The notes beneath the pieces were generated by a model. It ran no database searches, was not told the origin of the DNA, and was given only the letters and a program-made list of their open reading frames with translations. The translations under genes and the position numbers were made by a program. Shown in pieces: positions 1 through 13,165 of a stretch of 64,000 bases of DNA. The DNA comes from Octopus sinensis (taxonomy: Eukaryota): NCBI RefSeq assembly GCF_006345805.1, contig NC_043000.1:29264001-29328000 (forward strand). Direction: 5' to 3'. How positions within the stretch are numbered: position 1 is the first letter of the stretch; every line of letters begins with the position of its first letter.

Positions 1-191
1 AACAAGAAACGTACGAAGCCGATAGGCAGAACGCTTTAATACGAGGCTTTTCTTGTTCATCCTTAGCGAAGTATTTGCTGACGTTGAGTGAAACAATAGG
101 GCGTTCGTCAAATTCCTTGAGAGCGAAAGTCTGGTGTTTAGTGACATAGGAGCGTCAGTGTTTTGTAGAAAGATGTAGCGGTGGTCATTGT

Positions 192-573
192 GGAGACACA
201 GTGGTCCAGTGGTTAGGGCAGCGGACTCGCGGTCATAGGATCGCGGTTTCGATTCCCAGACTGGGCGTTGTGAGTGTTTATTGAGCGAAAACACCTAAAA
301 GCTCCACGACGTTCCGGCATGGGTGGTGGCGAACCCTGCTGTACTCTTTCATCACAACTTTCTTTCACTCTTTCTTCCTGTTTCTGTTGTACCTATATTT
401 CAAAAAGGGCCAGCCTTGCCACACACTGTGTCACGCTGAATCTCCCTAAGAACTACGTTAAGAGTACAGGTATCTGTGGAGTGCTCAGCCACTTGCACGT
501 TAATTCCACGAGCAGGATGTTCCGTTGATCGGATCAAATGGGACTCTCGTCGTCGTAACTGACGGAGATCCAC
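192..573 (+). mobile_element. tRNA-derived SINE, family C (tail ...GCCACTTGCACGTTAATTTCACGAGCAGG...GTCGTCGTAACCGACGG)
   Basis: A-box (TGGTCCAGTGG) and B-box (GTTTCGATTCC) head. Near-identical copies on the minus strand at about 32950-33220 (partial), 53110-53480 and 60088-60440. Confidence 0.85.
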
Positions 574-835
574 GACGTTATATATATATGTATACACATT
601 ATTCTTAAACAAAAATATTATTGTCAGTAATATTCTAGTTTACGAATAAATTTGTACTTTACAACAGTACAGAGTAACTATTCAGATTAATGTAAGATTG
701 TTCTTATAATAGAACATAAAACAACGTTGACATACACACGCACGCACAAACACACACACAGATATGTGTGTGTGTGTGTGTGTGTGCGCGCGCGCGCGCG
801 TGTGTATTTTTAGTTTATTATTATTAGAAAAATAT

Positions 836-1047
836 GGCGGTGAGCTAGAAGAATCGTTAGCACGCCGGGCAAAATGCTAAGCGGCATTTCGCCCGACCTT
901 ACGTTTTCAGTTCAAATTCCACCGAGATCGACTTTGCCTTTTATCTTTTCAGGGTCGATAAATTAAGAACCAACGAAGTACTGAACTCGATGTAATCGAC
1001 AAGTCTACTCCTCCAAGATTTCAGGCCTCGTGCCTTTAGTAGAAAAG
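836..1047 (+). mobile_element. SINE family B (Meta-domain-like core), single copy
   Basis: Head GGCGGTGAGCTAG..., core GAGATCGACTTTGCCTTTTATC...GGGTCGATAAATTAAG. Flanked by ATTAG(A/C)AAAATA. Confidence 0.8.
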
Positions 1048-1446
1048 CTAATTAGCAAAATACAATATTATAGTATAATGATAGAACCAAATTAACAATT
1101 GGTTTCATTGCAGAGATTAAGAACCATCATCGGCAGTTTTGCCCTTCATCCCTCCGGGGGCGATATGATGGGGGTAGTAACTAAGTACTGGGGTTTAATG
1201 TTTAATGGTATGCACCAAATCAGAGTTGGTGGTCTGGTGTTAAAGTTTGAAACTAGAGATACATACAAACATATTTGCATGCATGCATGCATACATACAT
1301 ACAAACATACATACATACATACATACATACATACATACACATATACATACATACATTCACAACGCATGTGCACATATTTACTCATTCACATACACACACA
1401 CATACACACACATACACACACACACACACACTCACACGCATATATA

Positions 1447-1830
1447 TATAAATATATATATATATACATCTAATATAGGATAAAATTTTCAAAAAAATGT
1501 TATCAATGGCCAGCATATCAAAAAATACCTTTAAGGGTTAAATTTATAAACAAATTATAAACGAGGGCAAAAGAAAAAAATTCAATGCCAAATAGCGATA
1601 AATTATATAGTTATTGACGATTAAGTCTATTTTCGGCATATTTGGCATTGGAATTGTTTTCTTTTGCCCTTGTGTAAACAACAAACAGATGTATTAGTTT
1701 AACGTCCGGGAAGTGACAAAGTATTTTACGTTTCGAGCCTTCACTCTTCGACAGAAAAGAACACAGAAATAAACAGGAAGAGAACAAAAGGTTCAAACAT
1801 CTTGGTGTATTGGAGCGATATATATATATA
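1447..1830 (-). mobile_element. Penelope-derived non-autonomous repeat (pLTR fragment with hairpin) plus hammerhead-like family copy
   Basis: 1447-1580 is the reverse complement of the pLTR at 48808-48964. Internal inverted repeat GGGCAAAAGAAAA...TTTTCTTTTGCCC. Hammerhead-like motif at 1723-1758. Confidence 0.65.
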
Positions 1831-1869
1831 TATTTATGTATGTATATATATATATATATATATATATAG

Positions 1870-1917
<48 letters not shown>

Positions 1918-1920
<3 letters not shown>

Positions 1921-2900
1921 AAACAAGTCAAAATAGAAAATGCTAAAATAATTTTATAAAGAACATTTCAGTACCGGTTTCGGTCATTTTGAGACCTTTT
2001 CAACTGTAACGATTAAATAATTAAATTTAGAAAAATTAGAAGAAAAGTTTTTTTAAAGGAATATTTGTATAGTGTTCAGATATAAGTGGCATTCTGCCTT
2101 TCTCTGACTCCCTTGTTTGCACTTGTGTGTTCGAGGTCGTTGTGAATTCTTGGTAGGGTAGAAGAAGAAGAAGGCTGATGAGGAGAGGGGTGGAAAAATT
2201 TGGGAGTGCCTTGATTGTTGTATTTTGAATGGTCAGTGACGGCTAGCAGTTGCAGTTCAATTCAGGAGAATATTTCTATTGAGAGGTTTGTTTATAGAAT
2301 TTGCGTAGGTGTTTTACTAAAAAGTATTAGTGATAAAGTTAAGAGGTAGAAGGTGGAGCAGAAGAAGAAGAAGAAGAAGAAGAAGAAGAAGAAGATGACG
2401 ATGTTGATGATGATGATGATGATGATGTTGATGATGATGATGATGAAGAAGAAGAAGGAGAAGGAGAAGAAGAAGATGATGAAGAAGAAGAGGAAGAAGA
2501 AGAAAACAGAGAAGGGAGAATATGAATGGGTGAAAGTAGTGAGGTGTTGTATGACTTGAAGTTGGCATGTTATGGATTATAGCTGTGATTGGGGCTGATT
2601 AGTAATGGATTCTTTGGAATGTAATATTTGTGTGTGTATTTCTTTTATTCTAAAGTTGAGGTATATTAATCATTTGTCGTAGACCCGTTAAGAAGTGGCC
2701 TGTATTTTGTAATAAAGAGAGTTTCTTTACTTATTCGTTGTCTCGAGGTTGTATCGTCCCTAAATTGGTAGAGGGGGAAAATCCTGAAGCTTGGTGTTTT
2801 ATTGTTGGCGCAAGTATCTATGTGTTGGCTAAAAGCTATTTTTCTGTTTTGGGGAATTTTTATCTGGGATCTGTGCAGGGCCATTCTTTTACGCAAACTA
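1918..2900 (-). mobile_element. Penelope-like element 3' fragment (GIY-YIG C-terminus plus pLTR), interrupted by trinucleotide repeats
   Basis: ORF 2666-2896(-) HRSQIKIPQNRKIAFSQHIDTC...SRQRISKETLFITKYRPLLN resembles a PLE GIY-YIG C-terminus. Decayed hammerhead at 1965-2009(-). Confidence 0.7.
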
Positions 2901-2933
2901 TTTTTTGTGTATATATATATATATATATATATA

Positions 2934-4063
2934 CACGAATGCTGGATGAAAAGTTAATAGGCAGACTATGAATGAGTGATGCGAGAGCTGTTAAATCTTG
3001 CATGCATTAATTTCAGTTCTTCATATTAGCAACCGTGTTGTTTGATTCCAGGTAAACTGACGTCTGACTGTTCAAAGAAGACTTCAAAAATAACTAACAA
3101 CGACTTCCCTTGAAAATGGACAAAATTTGCCGTTGTGGTGTTATCAAGTACGTGCAGAGAAAGGGTTCAGCTCCTAAGGACATTCATGCTGACATTAAGG
3201 GATGATGCTCTAGCCAATCAAGAGTGCAAAAGGGGACAGCTGAAGTCAGAAGGGGAAGGAAGAGTCTTGAAGTTGACCGAAGGTCTGGACGTGCTGCAAC
3301 TGTCACCGCCGAGGAAAACGTTGATCGAATTCACCAGATGGTGATGGTCGATAGGTAATTGACTTTAGATCAAATTACCGATGCTATTAGTATATCCAGT
3401 GAGAATGTTGAGAATATTCTGCACACTGAACTTGGCATGACAAAGATTTCTACTCGGTGGGGACCACTTCTGACATATGATCAAAACGCACCAGGTTGCT
3501 CACATCATGGAAAAATCTAACATTATTTGAGGTAAATCCAGCTGGTTTCCTTGAACGTATCCCAAGCCAGGATCAGTTTTAGGTTCATCCCTTTCAACCA
3601 GAGACAAATATGTAATCCATGCAGTGGAAACACCCCTCCTCACCTGCTGCAAAGAAGTTCGAGGTCCTTTCATCTGCAAGTGACGGACTCAGCTTTTGGG
3701 GTGCAAAAGGGATTCCGTTTCTTGACTATCTTAAAAAGGGTCACACCATCAATGGCGGCAGTAACTAAAGGCTATGAAGACCAGACCCCCAGGAAAACTG
3801 ACGAATGGGGTCTTGTTTTACCAGGACAATGCTTCAGCACACAAATTCTTGGTTTCAACGACCGCTGTGTGTGATTGTGGCTTTGAACTGACTGAGAACC
3901 CTCCTTATTCTCCTGACTTGACCCTCATCTGACTATCATTTTTCCCCAACGAAAAAAAAAACTTAGATGGGGACCAGTGTTGCAGTGATGATGACGTCAT
4001 ATCTGTTGTCATAGTCCATGAGAGTATGTTGGTCAGCCTATGAACTTTTCAGCCGACCCTCAC
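2934..4063 (+). mobile_element. Decayed mariner (DD34D) transposon with degenerate TIRs
   Basis: Frameshifted transposase: MDKICRCGVIKYVQRKG..., WGPLLT (WVPxxL-like, about 3457), PYSPDL (about 3903-3920). Left end ...GGATGAAAAGTTAATAGGCAGAC matches the reverse complement of GTCAGCCTATGAACTTTTCAGCC at 4032-4054. Confidence 0.85.
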
Positions 4064-4204
4064 ACACACACAACACACACACAACACACACACACACACA
4101 CACAAATATAGCACAAACCCATTGAAACACGTTCACTCGTCCTCCCTTTCATTCAAAGCTCTGCATAAAGTCAGGCGTACAGACTGCTACATCCACAAAC
4201 ATCA

Positions 4205-4214
4205 GTTACTATTT

Positions 4215-4280
<66 letters not shown>

Positions 4281-4511
4281 ATGATGATGAGGACGATGAT
4301 GATAATGATGATGATGATGATGACGATGGTGATGATGGTGATGATGGTGATGATGATGGTGGTGATGATGATGATGATAGTGATGATGATGATGATGATG
4401 AAGGTGGTAGAGGTGATGGAGATAGTAACAACAGCAACAACGGCAACAACAACAACCACAACAACAACAAGAACAACAACAGCCACCACCACCAGTAACA
4501 ATAACAACATC

Positions 4512-4555
<44 letters not shown>

Positions 4556-4575
4556 CGACGATAATAATAAAGTAT
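4205..4575. repeat. Compound trinucleotide microsatellite (CTA)-(CTG)-(ATG)-(GGT)-(AAC)-(AAT)
   Basis: Directly visible; source of the poly-L/M/N/H ORFs. Confidence 0.95.
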
Positions 4576-4939
4576 AAATACAATAATCATTGATTTTGAC
4601 ATATTTTGTAAATATATTCTTCGTTTTAATTGAGGACAATTGTTTAATCTTTCTATTATTTTAGTTTAACAGAAACAATATCATTATCATGATTTTTTTA
4701 TTTTGCACAATGCAGAAATTTCGTATTTATGTCACGTGACTGCACAAAACTGTTCCATATTCTTGTATTGTTTTATTGATTTTATCGGAGAACAAAGAAC
4801 AGATTTCGATGACTAAGTTGTTTGATATTCTTTGACACCTGAAGGAATATAATAATAAAGAATCGGAGGAGAACTGGTTGGCACTCTCTCCGCACTCCTG
4901 TCTTTTACGATCTATCTCTCCAACAGCTACCTCTCAAGA

Positions 4940-4945
4940 TATATG

Positions 4946-4983
<38 letters not shown>

Positions 4984-5044
4984 ATATATATATATACATA
5001 CATATATACATACATATATACATATATACATGTATGGATATATG

Positions 5045-5092
<48 letters not shown>

Positions 5093-5340
5093 GAAACATA
5101 TATGTATATATACATATATACATGTATTTATACACATATATGTATGTATGTCTATATCTATACATACATAAATATATATGTATGTATGTACACGTACACA
5201 CACACACATATATATATATGTATATATATTATATATATCTATATGTATGAATATATATATATGCGTATATATATATATATGCATACTTATATATATTAAT
5301 ATCTGTACATATACACTCACATATATATGCATGAATATAT

Positions 5341-5412
<72 letters not shown>

Positions 5413-6055
5413 TATATATATATATATGTGTGTATACACCTCTCTCTCTTTCTCTTCTCTCTCTCTATATATATATATACAAGCAGGGACATTGCACATA
5501 TATACGTTTACAATGTACACACACATAGTCACACACATATGTATATATCTATATCTATACGTATGTATGCATTTACGTGGCTGTGGTATTGACATTTACG
5601 TGTGTACGGGCATGTGGTTGTGTACTCATTTATTTCCATTTCTATTTGTATGTATGTGCGTATGAATAAGTATGTATAATTATATACGCACATATATCTG
5701 GTAACAATGTATCGTAATTGACTGCATATAAGGACTATTCACACGTAACCATATGAATATATATATATATATATATATATGCGCACATATACATGCATAT
5801 AGAATTATGCATAAATAGTAATGCGTATATAATTACACAGAAACCGGTTTCGCACTCTCCGGCATATTTATCTCAGTCAAGCTGTACTAGACAGCATCTT
5901 GAGATGATTTGAAATACAAGATATATATTTTGTACCTATTTTATATAAACAAAACTTTAGCCTCACCGTGCAAGGTAAGCATTGTACTGAAAAAGAATGT
6001 TACGTTTTACAACATATTTGCACACCCATACAAACGTAAATAGAAATCATATATG

Positions 6056-6101
<46 letters not shown>

Positions 6102-6137
6102 TATATATATATATACACACACACATATCTATCTATA

Positions 6138-6175
<38 letters not shown>

Positions 6176-6184
6176 CATACTAGG

Positions 6185-6229
<45 letters not shown>

Positions 6230-6289
6230 TATATATAATATATATATATATATATATAATATATATATATATATCTATATATATATATA

Positions 6290-6335
<46 letters not shown>
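4940..6335. repeat. (TA)n/(TACA)n-rich degenerate microsatellite blocks
   Basis: Directly visible at about 4940-5480 and 6050-6335. Confidence 0.95.
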
Positions 6336-6338
6336 TTT

Positions 6339-6507
6339 AATTAAGGTTAATTGCAACAAGTTGCTCAAAACCACATACCGAAATATTAGAAATAGCAGCC
6401 AAATATTAATCTCTATTTCCTCTACTAATAAAAAGTCTCCACAAACAAACAGAATTTGTAAGCTGTATATGTGGTTTTGAGCAACTTGTTGCAATTAACC
6501 CTTAATT
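6339..6507. repeat. Inverted repeat (about 40-bp arms), probably Penelope-derived
   Basis: AATTAAGGTTAATTGCAACAAGTTGCTCAAAACCACATA ... TATGTGGTTTTGAGCAACTTGTTGCAATTAACCCTTAATT. Confidence 0.75.
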
Positions 6508-6914
6508 ATAATTATTATAACCCTTACCAAATATGGTCTTTTCCATACCGATAAATCTACTAGGTGAAATTGATTAATTTTATTAAATTAATTATATTCC
6601 ACCCTTTATTGCATATATATATATATATATTATATATATATATATATACACATACTATGTATGTGGGTATATATAGATTTGTATTCATCTATGCATACAT
6701 ATATGCGTACATGCATACATACATACCTACATACACAATACATTTATATATATGTATTATGCAATTTTGCTGAACCCTAATTATAATTATGCTTATAATT
6801 ATAGAATTTTTGTATAAGGTTACCGATAGTGGTTCTTTTAACATACCGAACTACTTGGTAAAATTATTAATTATTAATTGATTAATTAATTTTACCCTTT
6901 ATTATATATATACA

Positions 6915-7310
6915 CTCTTTTACTTGTTTCAGTCATTTGACTGCCGCCATGCTGGGGCACCGCCTTTAGTCGAGCAAATCGACCCTGGGACTTATTCTTT
7001 GTAAGCCCAGTACTTATTCCATCGGTCTCTTTTGCTGAACCGCTAAGTGACGGGGACGTAAACACACCAGCATCGGTTGTGAAGCAATGCTAGTGGGACA
7101 AACACAGACACACAAACATATACACACACATACATATATATACATATATACGACAGGCTTCTTTCATTTTCCGTCTACCAAATCTACTCACAAGGCTTTG
7201 GTCGGCCCGAGGCTATAGCAGAAGACACTTGCCCAAGATGCCACGCAGTGGGACTGAACCCGGAACCATGTGGTTGGTTAGCAAGCTACTTACTACACAG
7301 CCACTCCTGC
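6915..7310 (-). mobile_element. SINE family A (OR-like; CORE-like centre, internal microsatellite, tail ...ATGACTGAAACAAGTAAAAGA)
   Basis: Full copy. Many further copies at about 7718-8130+, 24186-24620+, 29050-29500, 31478-31880-, 34510-34935+, 35015-35265-, 48036-49160+, 58108-58500+, 62345-63015-. Confidence 0.85.
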
Positions 7311-7329
7311 ATATACACTTTACTATTAA

Positions 7330-7451
7330 AGCTGCAAAAATATCACAAAAATTGCTACTCAGAGCTTCACGTTCTCGTTCGTCGGACCGCAATTGTCCGA
7401 CAACGAGAACGTGAAACTCTGAGTAGCAGGTTTTGTGATATTTTTTCAGCT
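7330..7451. mobile_element. Palindromic MITE with TTAA TSD and AG...CT termini (Kolobok-like)
   Basis: TTAA|AGCTGCAAAAATATCACAAAAA...GTCGGAC cgcaatt GTCCGAC...TTTTGTGATATTTTTTTCAGCT|TTAA. Confidence 0.65.
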
Positions 7452-7573
7452 TTAATAATAAAACATATTCCTCTACCTCCGTTATACGAGCACTGTTTTT
7501 TCCCACCTCCTTTCATATTTATATACTTACTCAGGCATACATACATGCATGCATACATACATACATACATACA

Positions 7574-7605
<32 letters not shown>

Positions 7606-7717
7606 CATACATACATACATACATATACATATATATTTATGTAAGTATATGCGTACATACATACATACATATATATATATACATGCGTCCAAATTTATAT
7701 TACATATACATTGTTTC

Positions 7718-7882
7718 CAGGAGTGGCCGTGTCGTAGGAAGCTTGCTTCCCAACCATAAAATTCCGGGCTCATTCCCACTACGTGGCCCCTTGGGCAAGT
7801 GTTTTCTACTATAGCCTCGAGCCAACCAAAGCCTTGTGGGAGGATTTGGTAGATGGAAACTGAAAGAAACTCGTCGTGTATA

Positions 7883-7942
<60 letters not shown>

Positions 7943-8130
7943 TGTATTTGTGTGTCAACCGATGTGTGTGTGTTTACGTCTCCGTAAAGTAGCGGTTCGG
8001 TAAAAGAGACTGGTAGAATAAGTACTAAGCTTACAAAGAATAAGTCCTGGTGTTGGTTTGTTCGACTAAATGCGGTGCTCAAGCATGGCCGCACTCAAAT
8101 GACTGAAACAAGTAAAAGAATAAAAGAATA
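7718..8130 (+). mobile_element. SINE family A
   Basis: Same head, centre and tail as 6915-7310. Confidence 0.85.
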
Positions 8131-8269
8131 TATAAGTATACTTTTCTTATGAGTCTTCGAAGTCTAATAGTTACATGCACGTACACCCAATCCCAACCCT
8201 CTCTCCCACATACATATACATACCTATGTGAATGAAGAGGTGTAGATGATGGATATGAATCTTTCCTTC

Positions 8270-9700
8270 AGCTGTTAAATGAAAGAAATTGCGATTTCGA
8301 TACTTTTACCACCATTATTGACTTCAGAGGGCTTAAAATTCATTCCAACATCACAATATTTTAAATTCAATGAAATGCAGTATGATATTTCTCACTTCTT
8401 CATAAAATTACGCTTATCACATGAATAAACCAGCAAGATATATCTTTCAACTTCAAAGGCAGTATTTACAAAGAATATCTGGGACTGCGATGGGAATTAA
8501 AGTTACTCTAACTTACGCCAGTCTGGCCATGACATATCTCGAAGTTGAAAGAGATGAAAAAATCTAGACTAAAGACGGTATCCCCGTCCATAGATATCTA
8601 TCAAAATATCGGAAACGTTACATGAAAAACTGCCTTATTCGGTGGACCCAAGGTCAGGAACAAGTTGAATACTTTAAAACTCTAATTAATAACATAAACA
8701 ACAAAGTAGGTTTTCCAATGGAATATGATTAAAATCAACTATTGTTTCTGGATATTCTTGTCATAAAAAGACAAGCATCGAAACCAGTATCCGCTACAAA
8801 GCAACAAACTCTAAACAGTACTTACTGTTTACTTCTTGCCACCAAAATATTCCAGAACAAAAATAATCTTAATCTGGCACGATGATTATGTTCAATCGTT
8901 TCAGATTTTGAAAGCTGAAATAAAGGATGCCAAGTATTAAAACAATGACCACTTGAAAGACAGTACCAAACAAAGTTAATTCGTAATTGAACAGAATGTG
9001 CCAAAGCAATTCAAGAATTACGAAGAATATAAAGGAAAACCAATTCAAGTACACGAAACACTTAACTTTGCATCACAACACACAACCCAAGAAATACATA
9101 AACGCAAAATACTATGAATCAAAGGATTCCATTATTGAAGAAAAACCGAAGAATGAAGGAAACATCAACACTGAAATAAATAATATAATCAAAGTAATAG
9201 ACTACCAAAATTTTCAAAAAGTTTCTTATCAAACACGAAATCGCCGAGAAAAGCACAACACGAATAATCAAAAAAGCGAGGCTGCCTTAACTGCGGAAGG
9301 TGCATTAACCTTACTCAAGACATATATAAATTTATAACAGAACATATTTTCACAAAAGAAATCATTTGATCTGTTAGTCAAAAGATTCAATTTATGCTTT
9401 GAAATGTAATGTTGTAACAAAGATTACATAAGACAAATGAAACTTATTGTGAGAAACAGACTCTGTATTCACAGGTAACAAATACGGGACCCTAATACCA
9501 GACAGATTCCACTAAGTAAACGTTTTGACTTATGTGCAACAGATATATCATTGAACTTAGTTTTTTCCATTTTGTTCTGATAAAACCGATGATCAAATAC
9601 GGACAAATACAGAAAATATGTTTATCAAAAGAAAATAAAACAAAACCGCGACACAATTCATATTGAACATAGACATTACACTATTGTTCCTTGCAGTCAT
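8270..9700 (+). mobile_element. Decayed Penelope-like retroelement (RT plus GIY-YIG remnants)
   Basis: Broken frames give GTAMG (8481-8495), RYMKNC (YxDD position, about 8616), LFLDI (about 8742), YKATNSKQYLLFTSCH, then C-CNKDYI...NRLCIHR-QIRDPNTRQIPLS (about 9400-9520). Confidence 0.8.
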
Positions 9701-9880
9701 ACACAAACACAAAGATAACTACAAAGCAAAACGAGTAAGCCATTTCTGGATTCTTTGCTATTCTGAAAATCTATTATTCGTTCTGTCTCGTATAAAATTC
9801 ACTAGATTAACACTGCCACAAATTTTGGCCAAATTGTATTACATACTGCCACGTGACCTAATACTTGGACATAACGTACA

Positions 9881-10242
9881 ATTATTACTGCCACTTTCGC
9901 GAAGGCGTTTTACAGTCGAGTTTATTTATTTGTCTGTCCGTGGACAAGATATCTCAAGATATCTCAAGAACCGCTGCATGGATTCAGATAAAACTTTCAA
10001 GGATGTTTGGCCTTGTGACTCGCACGAACAGATTAGATTTTGGGATTGATTGGTACCGGACAAGGATTCTGGATTATTTTTCCGGATTTTTAAAATTAAT
10101 TTTTGAGAGTGGTCGGTTTCATTTTTAGTTTTCTCGTTTGTGGGAGCAGTCGAGTTTATTTTAGATATTCTCATTTCAAAAATCATGAGAGGACGTTGGT
10201 GTTGCTTTGGTGGAGGTTTGCGCTCTCTAGGTGCTCTTGGTA
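9881..10242 (+). mobile_element. Non-autonomous Helentron/DINE-1-like element
   Basis: Starts ATTATTACTGCC..., has an internal GTTTATTTATTTGTCTGTCCG tract, ends CTTTGGTGGAGGTTTGCGCTCTCTAGGTGCTCTTGGTA. The end resembles the GGCGGAGG..GCGCTCT..GAGTGC..CTAGT terminus of this class. Confidence 0.5.
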
Positions 10243-10648
10243 CCCATGTTTTCATATAACATATTTGCTGATCTACATTGCTTAAAGATTTACACTGTTA
10301 CATAACACTCTGATACAGGGAGCAGTTTCAGTGAACAAATTAAGAAACCTGTTAAGTAAATGTAAATAAATAATTTGATTAACTCCGAGTCCATTTTCAA
10401 TTTCTTTCTGTTTCTTTATATCTCTACTAGCGTAAACATTCTTATCTTCCTGTATATTTGCACACACACACATTCACACACATTTACATAGATCAGTCAT
10501 GCATATTGTGTATTTGAGTTCGTAAGTGTGTGTGTATATATAGACCTGTGTTTTTGTGCGTCTACGTGTGCATTTTTATCTATTTGCGTTAAAGCTGTAA
10601 AACCACATTTCGCCAAAAGGTAATGATGACACAAACCGCAGATAAAGG

Positions 10649-10690
<42 letters not shown>

Positions 10691-10861
10691 ACAAGGTTTT
10701 GGAAAATGTTCTTGATATAGTCACTAAGTAAATGGAAAAACATTTTCTGAAATTAAAAGGAATTAATTACATAAAACAATCTTAAAATATTTAACCTAGA
10801 ATGACACCATTTTGAAGAAAGGTCTCAGATTGTGCAAATGATTAAGATTTTTGTTAAGATC

Positions 10862-10887
10862 TATCTACCTACCTATCCTATCCTATC

Positions 10888-10970
<83 letters not shown>

Positions 10971-11150
10971 CTGTCTGTCTGTCTATCTGTCTGTCTGTCT
11001 GTCTGTCTATCTGTCTGTTTATCTGTCTATCTGTCTGTTTATCTGTCTATCTGTCTATCTGTCTGTCTGTCTCTATGTGTGTATCTGTCTGTCTGTCTGT
11101 TTATCTCAATGTCTGTCTGTTTTGTCTGCTTGTTCGTCTGTCTAACTATC
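10862..11150. repeat. (TATC)n/(TGTC)n tetranucleotide array
   Basis: Directly visible. Similar arrays at 11600-11910, 14020-14130, 27100-27245, 50400-50540, 52020-52460, 56470-56790. Confidence 0.95.
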
Positions 11151-11561
11151 TTTGAATAAATCTAAGTTTCTTGCCTACAGGAAATAAAGTCAGGCGATCG
11201 CCGTGTTAATAATGACGGCCATTGAACCAGAAATGCTTATCCACGACTAACCTTTTATCTCCAGACAATAAACCTGCAGTTTTCTTTAACGACATATTAA
11301 CTTTGGAGAATTCTTGAATCTTAAAATGATCTTCCTTTCTTAAGTGGAGCTGGTCTAAATTGCCATTTGGTAGATGTGATAAACCCCCTCCGGACGGAGA
11401 TATGTTTAATGAATTTAGAATAATTTATGATGTTTGGTAGCAAATCTCTCTCTGTCTCATATATACATACATCCATACATATCCACACACACACATATAT
11501 ATATAATTCTCTCTCTATATATAGATATATATATCAATATACATATAGATATGTACAGTAT

Positions 11562-11607
<46 letters not shown>

Positions 11608-11672
11608 CTATCTATCTATCTTTCTATCTATCTATCTATATATCTCTCTCTCTATATGTATATATATATGTA

Positions 11673-11751
<79 letters not shown>

Positions 11752-11786
11752 ATATCTCTCTCTCTATATGTATATATATATATGTA

Positions 11787-11865
<79 letters not shown>

Positions 11866-11866
11866 A

Positions 11867-11901
<35 letters not shown>

Positions 11902-11916
11902 ATATATATATATATG

Positions 11917-12238
11917 TAGGAGCACTCCGTCGGTTACGACGACGAGGGTTCCAGCTGATACGATCAACGGAACAGCTCGTGAAATTAACGTGCAAGTGGC
12001 TGAGCACCCCACAGACATGTGTACTCTTAACATAGTTATCAGGGAGATTCAGCGTGATACAGAGTGTGACAAGGCTGGCCCTTTGAAATATGGGTACTTC
12101 TCATTTTTGCCAGCTGAGTGAACTGGAGCAACGTGAAATAAAGTGTCTTGCTCAAGGACACACTGTATCACTGGTAATTGAACTCACGACCTTACAATCG
12201 TGAGCCGAATGCCCTAACCACTAAGCCACGTGCCTTCA
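11917..12238 (-). mobile_element. SINE with CORE-like centre and family C tail
   Basis: Minus strand: tRNA head, then TCCTTGAGCAAGACACTTTATTTCACGTTGCTCCAG, then the same tail as 192-573. Confidence 0.8.
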
Positions 12239-12297
12239 CACACACACACATATGTATATATATTTAAGAGAACAAAGTGTACGTAGGCCGCCATATG

Positions 12298-12756
12298 TAT
12301 ATAAAAAGAAATACAAAAATATGGAACAAGAACGCAAAACATCCAGACAGTTAGATGATGCAAAAAAGGGACAAGAAAAAACAAGGACAGGTCATTCGGA
12401 GTTTTCTTTCCTCAGTCGAGTTCCAGATCATCTTTGCAATTTCGGCTGGTTAAATTCGAGATTGCTCCAATCTGGCCAGCCCAAACAAAAACTAAGCTAC
12501 GAGCACTAGATTCCTTGGAAGAAAGCAACGAACGTATATGAAAACAAGGACGAAAAAATACGGAGAAATGGTACACAAATACAAATGCAAAAAACAAGAT
12601 ATTAACAACGGGTTTCTTTCGAAATTGCAAAGATAATCTGGAACTCGACTGAGGAAAGAAAAGTCCGAATGATCCGTCCTTGTTTTTTTCTCGTCCCTTT
12701 TTTGTATCATTTGCCTGGATGTTTTGTTGTTCCATTTTTTGTATTCCTTTATATAT
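12298..12756. repeat. Long inverted repeat (about 140-bp arms, about 175-bp spacer), Penelope-derivative-like
   Basis: 12298-12444 is the reverse complement of 12620-12756 (for example TTCCTCAGTCGAGTTCCAGATCATCTTTGCAATTTCG / CGAAATTGCAAAGATAATCTGGAACTCGACTGAGGAA). Confidence 0.85.
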
Positions 12757-13133
12757 ATACGTAAATAACTGAGGTATATAACTAGATGTAAACGAGCTCA
12801 CGTATATAAACTGTTGGGCGAAGCGTAATGTTGCTGAAATCATTTTCGATAACAGTTACAACGTAAAACAATATTAAACAATAAACTTCAATGAAAGCCA
12901 CTTCCCTGTCAATACTTTCTGTTTCATGTCTCTCTGCCACACATGCTCCTCGTATCGTTTCATATTCTCACTGTCTCGTAAATCCAACACCAATCAGAAT
13001 GGAAAATATAATGAGTTTACTGACATGTACACGTATACATACACACACACACACACACACACACGCACATACACACACACGTACATACACACACACGCGC
13101 GCATGCCCCCCACACATACACACCCAAAAATTA

Positions 13134-13165
<32 letters not shown>

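Noticed and set aside
192-270. tRNA-like sequences at SINE heads
   Set aside because: A/B boxes continue directly into SINE bodies, and no complete cloverleaf could be drawn.
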